DNA from: a virus
Direction: 5' to 3' (one strand)
IMG/VR virus record: IMGVR_UViG_3300033412_000022
Coordinates: 1 to 52,136 of that record
DNA length: 52,136 nt
The notes beneath the pieces are model-generated. The model did not search any database and was not told the origin of the DNA. It saw only the letters and a program-made list of their open reading frames with translations. Both the position numbers and the translations under genes were made by a program. How positions within the stretch are numbered: the stretch's first letter is position 1; each line of letters opens with the position of its first letter. This document shows positions 47,729 to 52,136 of this stretch, piece by piece.

Positions 47729-48512
47729 TGGTGGCAGCCTTTCTTGTGCGTTTCTTGCCCGTTTGCGGGGCATCAGGCCTTGGGATGGGGATAGGCGTCA
47801 CGCGCCCTTCCAGCAGGTTAATCCAGTACCCGCAGGTGGTCAGTTCCCCGTCCCGGAAAAGCCTTTCAAGTAGGGAGAGCGCGAACGTCGCCACATGCTG
47901 ATTGATGTAGAGACCTTGCTCTTCCAGGGCTTCAGCCAGAGAACACGACGGGCGATTGTCCTCCGGTATGGTCTCGTCGAATATCTCCGGCAGAATCTCG
48001 GAGAGGTGGGGAAGCGGGCCGTCTGATTTCGTGACGAATGGCGTCCCCCGACCGAGAACAACCTGCCCGGTCTGCTGCGCGTTGGCGCAATCCAGCCAGT
48101 AGGTTGGGTAGTAGAAGTTGCGTTGCCAGTATCCGGCAATCTCCCTGCGCGCCTTTGCCGTGTCCACGCAGGTGATCGCGAAGTCCGCCCGGTCAATAAT
48201 GCGGCGCGTCTGATACTCCTCGCAGATCGCCTCCCAATCCGTGCCGAACCAGCAGTTCAGGCGGTGGGTCAGGATGTTCGCCTTGTAGCGCCCCACGTCC
48301 CCCGCCGCGAAGAGTTGGCGGCCAATATTGGACTCGCTTACCCTGTCCGGATCGAAGGTGAAGACCTGAAGGCCGTAGGGGTGGCCGAGTGCGCGCAGGG
48401 CCACATGAAGCCGCGCGAGACCGGTCAACATCTGGCTGCCGGTTCCGCCGCAACCGATCAGGTGAATCTTGATCCGCCGGGTGAGAAGGTCCGAGGGGAG
48501 GACGTGTTTCAT
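47721..48512 (-). CDS. ThiF/MoeB (E1-like) adenylyltransferase, PRTRC-type
   Basis: IHLIGCGGTGSQ Rossmann loop and FDPDRVSESNIGRQLF. The overall pattern matches my recollection of the PRTRC ThiF family. Confidence 0.75.
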   Translation of the reverse strand: MKHVLPSDLLTRRIKIHLIGCGGTGSQMLTGLARLHVALRALGHPYGLQVFTFDPDRVSESNIGRQLFAAGDVGRYKANILTHRLNCWFGTDWEAICEEYQTRRIIDRADFAITCVDTAKARREIAGYWQRNFYYPTYWLDCANAQQTGQVVLGRGTPFVTKSDGPLPHLSEILPEIFDETIPEDNRPSCSLAEALEEQGLYINQHVATFALSLLERLFRDGELTTCGYWINLLEGRVTPIPIPRPDAPQTGKKRTRKAATNG

Positions 48513-49213
48513 TTGTTCAGCACCTCCCGAACGGTCAGACCCTGCGGTATCAGATGATCATCCCAATCGAACGCCGCGCCAATCGCCGCTTTCCAGGCGC
48601 CGTCATGTCCGCCTAAGTAAGCGGTCAGGTTGTCGCCGCGGTTGGAGTGGGTGAAGTTGGTCTGGAAGAAAGCATCCTCCCAGAGCGGGATGTCCGCCGG
48701 GTTCGCGCGGTCCGGCAGGGTGATGTTCCCCCGGCACATATGCCCGTCGGCGTAGACGTTGAAGTAGGGCGCGGCAAATACCGGCGTGGTCTCGTCCGGT
48801 CGCTGTCGCCCCTGAAGCGCATAGATATAGAGGTTGGACGCGGTGGCGAGAAACAGCAAAGAGGGGTGGTTTACCTCTTCGCCGTTCACCGCCTCATCAA
48901 ACGCCTTGCGGCCCGTGCGGAAGTAGATGGTCTGGCGACGCCGGGGAGACCACCACAGAATACGCGACGGATCGGAATACAGCAGGTGCGGGTTGGTCAG
49001 GCGACGGAGCGGAGTTTCACCGCCTTCATCACTCCTGCCGACCTCGGCAAGCAGATCCGCCCATGCCGCGCGGGTGAGGAGTTCGCCCGGTCCTATCTCG
49101 CCGCCCTTCACCTTGTTCAGAGTGACCATCGTATGCGAGTCGCCCCGATAGATAAGGATGGCCTCCGTCAGGGAGAGGTGGGAACTGGTGGAGAGAACGA
49201 CATCTATATTCAC
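48509..49213 (-). CDS. PRTRC protein B-like (E2/UBC-like, tentative)
   Basis: 234 aa with an ATGA overlap on both sides. Conserved-looking PYFNVYADGHMCRGN with a candidate catalytic Cys. Confidence 0.5.
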   Translation of the reverse strand: MNIDVVLSTSSHLSLTEAILIYRGDSHTMVTLNKVKGGEIGPGELLTRAAWADLLAEVGRSDEGGETPLRRLTNPHLLYSDPSRILWWSPRRRQTIYFRTGRKAFDEAVNGEEVNHPSLLFLATASNLYIYALQGRQRPDETTPVFAAPYFNVYADGHMCRGNITLPDRANPADIPLWEDAFFQTNFTHSNRGDNLTAYLGGHDGAWKAAIGAAFDWDDHLIPQGLTVREVLNK

Positions 49214-50481
49214 GCGCGCACCTCGATTCTCTCTCCGACATAGGCGGGATTGTTAATGAGTTTCGCGCTCCAGGTCAGCGCGTAGAGAATCCTGTCGGCG
49301 AGAGCCAGAATCGCAAGCGTGTGCCGCATGGTCTCAATGGCCCACCAGAGCGTTCCCGGTTCGCGTCCGGACTGGGAGAGGTCGAAGCCGATCATCCACA
49401 CCATGTCCGTGTTCTCCACCTGTTGGATCATCTCGTTATGATCATCCATGAACCGGTCCACCCAGTCGTCCTTGTGCCACTGAATCAGGACGGGGATGGG
49501 TTGGCGGTTCTCAAAGCAATTCAGGTGGCATAGTTCGCGGTAACGCTTGGTCTTCACGCGCTTCATATCGCGAGGCTCTTGCACCAGGCGAGACAGGATT
49601 TCCGCGTCGGCAAGGATTTCCGCCGCCCATTCCCGTTCCTCGTTAAATACTCTCACACGGGCGCGGCGGATAGGCTCTGCTTGCCAGTTGTGGAACAGGG
49701 CTTCTTTGGGAACTTCGGCGAGAACAACGCCTTCGGGATCTCGCTCGTCCCAGGCTTCCTCATCCTCTTCCCGTTCCGAGTTGGCCCACTTCGGATCGGC
49801 AAGCCCCGTGGTATAGCGGAAGACATGACAGGTCAGGTCGTAGACATCCCAGGCGGCTTTCCCGATGGCCTTCTCCAGACGCTCCACGCCTTCGCCAACC
49901 ACTACATCGTGAACATGGCGGACGAGCTGCAAGCCGAATGCGCCGACACTTCTGGTTTCACGGGTGCCGTAAAATTGTAGCCAGACACCGGGTTGCCAGT
50001 CCGTGCCTGGAAGATGCTGCACATCGTCGGTGTACACAAATTTTAGGAAGCGGAAAACGCCGCGCGTATCGTCAATCCCGGCCAGGGTCGCGAGCCGGGA
50101 AATCCCGTTGTTGATGGCATCCACCAGCGGGTGGCTATCGCGGGACATCAGGCCGATGTAATCCTCTTCCTCCAGTATCCCAGCCTTCAGGAGACCCTGC
50201 GCGATATGGGCAAGCGCTACGGTGGAGTTGGACGCGCCAACATCCACCGATTTCGGCACGTCCTTCCCCAGGGCGGGAAGCGTCAGTAGATCGGGGGCAG
50301 GGATTCGGACGGGAACGGGATTTTTTCGCCGGGTCGCGCGCGTTTGACTTCCTGGCCGATTCGCCGCGCGAGCGATTGGGCCTCCGGGCTGTTGACCCAG
50401 GCCGAGACCAGGGGATGGTCCGATACCACCCCCTTGCCCGATAAGACACTCTGGATTGCCTGTGATAGTAGCTCTTCGCAT
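49210..50481 (-). CDS. Hypothetical 423-aa protein in the PRTRC protein F position
   Basis: GAGGAAG SD before ATG 50481. Assigned by position only. Confidence 0.5.
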   Translation of the reverse strand: MRRATITGNPECLIGQGGGIGPSPGLGLGQQPGGPIARAANRPGSQTRATRRKNPVPVRIPAPDLLTLPALGKDVPKSVDVGASNSTVALAHIAQGLLKAGILEEEDYIGLMSRDSHPLVDAINNGISRLATLAGIDDTRGVFRFLKFVYTDDVQHLPGTDWQPGVWLQFYGTRETRSVGAFGLQLVRHVHDVVVGEGVERLEKAIGKAAWDVYDLTCHVFRYTTGLADPKWANSEREEDEEAWDERDPEGVVLAEVPKEALFHNWQAEPIRRARVRVFNEEREWAAEILADAEILSRLVQEPRDMKRVKTKRYRELCHLNCFENRQPIPVLIQWHKDDWVDRFMDDHNEMIQQVENTDMVWMIGFDLSQSGREPGTLWWAIETMRHTLAILALADRILYALTWSAKLINNPAYVGERIEVRA

Positions 50482-50493
50482 TCCGCTTCCTCG

Positions 50494-50709
50494 CTATCCC
50501 TTGGTCGCAACCGCCCGTTTGAACTCCCACGTTTCCGTGCCATCTTTCGACTCCTTCAGGGTGAGGGTAGCATTGGTCAGGTCCGGGTAGGACTGCGCGA
50601 GAATGGCTTTAACCTGCTCCGGCGTTGACGCAGGGTTAGGATCGGCGAGCCGCATGGTGCCGTGCATGAAAATCCGGCGGGTTCGCTTCGGGGTTTCTGT
50701 GGTGCTCAT
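50494..50709 (-). CDS. Ubiquitin-like (beta-grasp) small protein, PRTRC protein C-like
   Basis: 71 aa. RIFMHGTMRLADPNPASTPEQVKAILAQSYPDLTNATL...WEFKRAVATKG ends in Gly. ATGA overlap with the parB-like stop. Confidence 0.55.
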   Translation of the reverse strand: MSTTETPKRTRRIFMHGTMRLADPNPASTPEQVKAILAQSYPDLTNATLTLKESKDGTETWEFKRAVATKG

Positions 50710-52112
50710 TCTGGATTCTCCAAAACCGTTTCGATGTCAATGCCGCGCTCCTCTGCGGTTTTGCGGAGGTGGGCCGTCAGCCATTCGCTTGGCGAGAGAG
50801 AAGCGCCGCCCTCGTCACTGTCGCGCAAAGCCTTGATGAGTTTGCGGGCAGGCGTGGGCAGCAGATACTCCTGATGGCGCCAGAGCATGGCGAGAGCCAC
50901 ATCCAGCGTCCAGTTAAGATCCCAGAGCCGGTCATCATCGCTCTGGAGGATGGTGGTAGCAATGCGCGCGCCGCCCTTTGGCGCATCTACCGCTTCCGGT
51001 TCGGCGGTCACGACCTTCGGCGCTGGTGCGGGAGTAGTAGCCACCGGCGGCGCAACGGGCGCGACAGGCTGGGTGATGGCATCAGGACTGGTGGCGGGTG
51101 GCGCGGCATCCTCTGCCTCTTCCTGCTCGCTCTCGGTTTCCGGGGTAGGTTCCGGCCCCGGCTCCGGCGTTGTCTCCGGTTCCTCAAGCGGAGGAATCGT
51201 TTCCTCGATGTCTTCCGCAGGTTCCGAGGCGGGCGGCGCGACTATCGCCGGTTCCGGTTCGGGGGCGGGAGCAGGCTCTTCCTGTTTCGTTTCCTCTGCC
51301 GCTGGTTCAAGTCCCAGCGGCAGAGCGACCTGCGCGGCCTTGGCCCGGGCTTCGTCCTCCAACTGGGAGAGGAGCGCGGCAACCCGCAGGCGCGTCTGCT
51401 TGAGGTTCAAGCCCTCTTCCTCAAGTTGTTCCGCCACCAACTGCAGCGCCGACGGATACTCCGACAGGCGGCAGAGTTCCATCGCGTGGGATTCCGGAAT
51501 GACGCCCAGGTCCACCTTGTCGCGAATGGCGAGCGGCAGATTGCGCCACAGACGGAGCCTGTTGTTGATAAGCGGCTGGGATACTTTGAGCCGTTCTCCC
51601 AGCGCGGCCTGCGTCAGGGTGGGTTCCAGCAGGAGCATCCGGTCATAGGTTGCCGCGCATTCAATCGGCGAGAGGTCGGAGCGGTGCGCGTTTTCGGCGT
51701 AGGCCGTCGCCAGGTGTTCCGCGTCGGTCATGTCCTGGACAATAATCGCGGGGATGGCAGAAAGGTCCGCGATCCCCGCCGCGCGCCAACGACGCTCGCC
51801 GGTAACAATGACATAGCGCCGGTCGGCGAGAGCGGGATGCGCGAAGTCCGCCGCCTTGTTCGCATAGCGGACGGTGATCGGCTGGATAACCCCGCGCAGA
51901 CGGAGATCGTTCGCCAGGTCTCGAAGCGCGTCAGGGTCAATGCGTTTCCGGGGATTGAGCGGCGAGTTGCCGATGTCCTCCAGACGGATCATTTCTATTT
52001 GCGGCGCGCTATTCGGCGCCGAATATTCTTCTGTGTTCAAATCGTCCTCCGGGTCATCGTGTATTGCCCTCATTGCGTCCTCGCATCGGGCGAGATAGTT
52101 GTAGGGGGGCAT
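50706..52112 (-). CDS. parB: ParB/Srx-family protein with a GERR arginine patch, an HTH, a Pro/Glu-rich linker and a C-terminal domain
   Basis: IEMIRLEDIGNSPLNPRK, VIVTGERRWRAA, and HTH LTQAALGERLKVSQPLINNRL. The start could be ATG 52112 or ATG 52073. Confidence 0.85.
   Translation of the reverse strand: MPPYNYLARCEDAMRAIHDDPEDDLNTEEYSAPNSAPQIEMIRLEDIGNSPLNPRKRIDPDALRDLANDLRLRGVIQPITVRYANKAADFAHPALADRRYVIVTGERRWRAAGIADLSAIPAIIVQDMTDAEHLATAYAENAHRSDLSPIECAATYDRMLLLEPTLTQAALGERLKVSQPLINNRLRLWRNLPLAIRDKVDLGVIPESHAMELCRLSEYPSALQLVAEQLEEEGLNLKQTRLRVAALLSQLEDEARAKAAQVALPLGLEPAAEETKQEEPAPAPEPEPAIVAPPASEPAEDIEETIPPLEEPETTPEPGPEPTPETESEQEEAEDAAPPATSPDAITQPVAPVAPPVATTPAPAPKVVTAEPEAVDAPKGGARIATTILQSDDDRLWDLNWTLDVALAMLWRHQEYLLPTPARKLIKALRDSDEGGASLSPSEWLTAHLRKTAEERGIDIETVLENPE
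52010..52025. repeat. Palindrome copy 4: TATTCGGCGCCGAATA (16 bp, perfect) inside the parB-like 5' coding region
   Basis: Same 16-bp core as copies 1 and 3. Confidence 0.85.
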
Positions 52113-52136
52113 TGTCTACCCCCCCCCCGATTTTTT
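52092..52136. repeat. Terminal direct repeat, copy 2 (identical to 1..45)
   Basis: Exact 45-nt identity with the start of the window. Confidence 0.95.

Larger units (their letters stand above)
1..52136. mobile_element. Complete circularly closed temperate tailed-phage genome (unique length 52,091 bp)
   Basis: 45-nt terminal overlap. Integrase, CI/Cro-like switch, terminase, portal, S49 protease, capsid, tape measure, tail and lysis modules are all present. ORFs continue across the junction. Confidence 0.85.

Overview
The window is a complete, circularly closed genome of a temperate tailed phage (siphovirus-like). The first 45 nt are identical to the last 45 nt, so the unique length is 52,091 bp, and ORFs run across the junction. 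All calls come from reading the sequence and recalling family motifs; no searches were run, so family names are hypotheses.

Layout:
- Plus strand: a lysogeny module at 3.9-7.0 kb (CI-like XRE repressor, ImmA/IrrE-like HEXXH protease, two membrane proteins, a tRNA-like 3' fragment as candidate attP, and a tyrosine integrase). Further along are a methyltransferase operon (10.6-12.9 kb) and a small early operon (13.6-15.5 kb: SWIM protein, zinc-ribbon proteins, Gam-like protein).
- Minus strand: essentially one long transcription direction. It starts at a consensus promoter/operator at about 3.6 kb and runs through recombination genes (RecT/Redbeta-like) and across the circular junction. It continues into a ParB + ThiF/E1-like cassette, RuvC-like, ASCH and primase-helicase genes, and an HTH protein. 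It then passes through lambda-like packaging and head genes (TerS, TerL, portal, S49 protease, scaffold, decoration, gpE-like capsid), neck, tail (tube, G/GT chaperone, tape measure, two large distal tail proteins) and lysis genes. It ends at a strong terminator at 15.54-15.58 kb.

Most interesting observations:
1. A phage-borne PRTRC-like cassette: a ParB with the GERR arginine patch, a 71-aa ubiquitin-like protein ending in Gly, a 423-aa protein, an E2-like protein and a ThiF/E1-like protein. The five genes are tightly packed and I found no JAB peptidase.
2. A 16-bp palindrome core, TATTCGGCGCCGAATA, present four times around the genome. This is a candidate dispersed parS/centromere or regulator site.
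3. A lower-GC three-gene island next to the integrase: a PD-(D/E)xK nuclease-like protein, a Hanks-type Ser/Thr kinase and an unknown 388-aa protein. This is a candidate defence or exclusion system.
4. Eighteen copies of the octamer GTGTATCT/AGATACAC inside the 3' part of the primase-helicase gene, a candidate iteron origin.

No rRNA, complete tRNA or CRISPR array was found.
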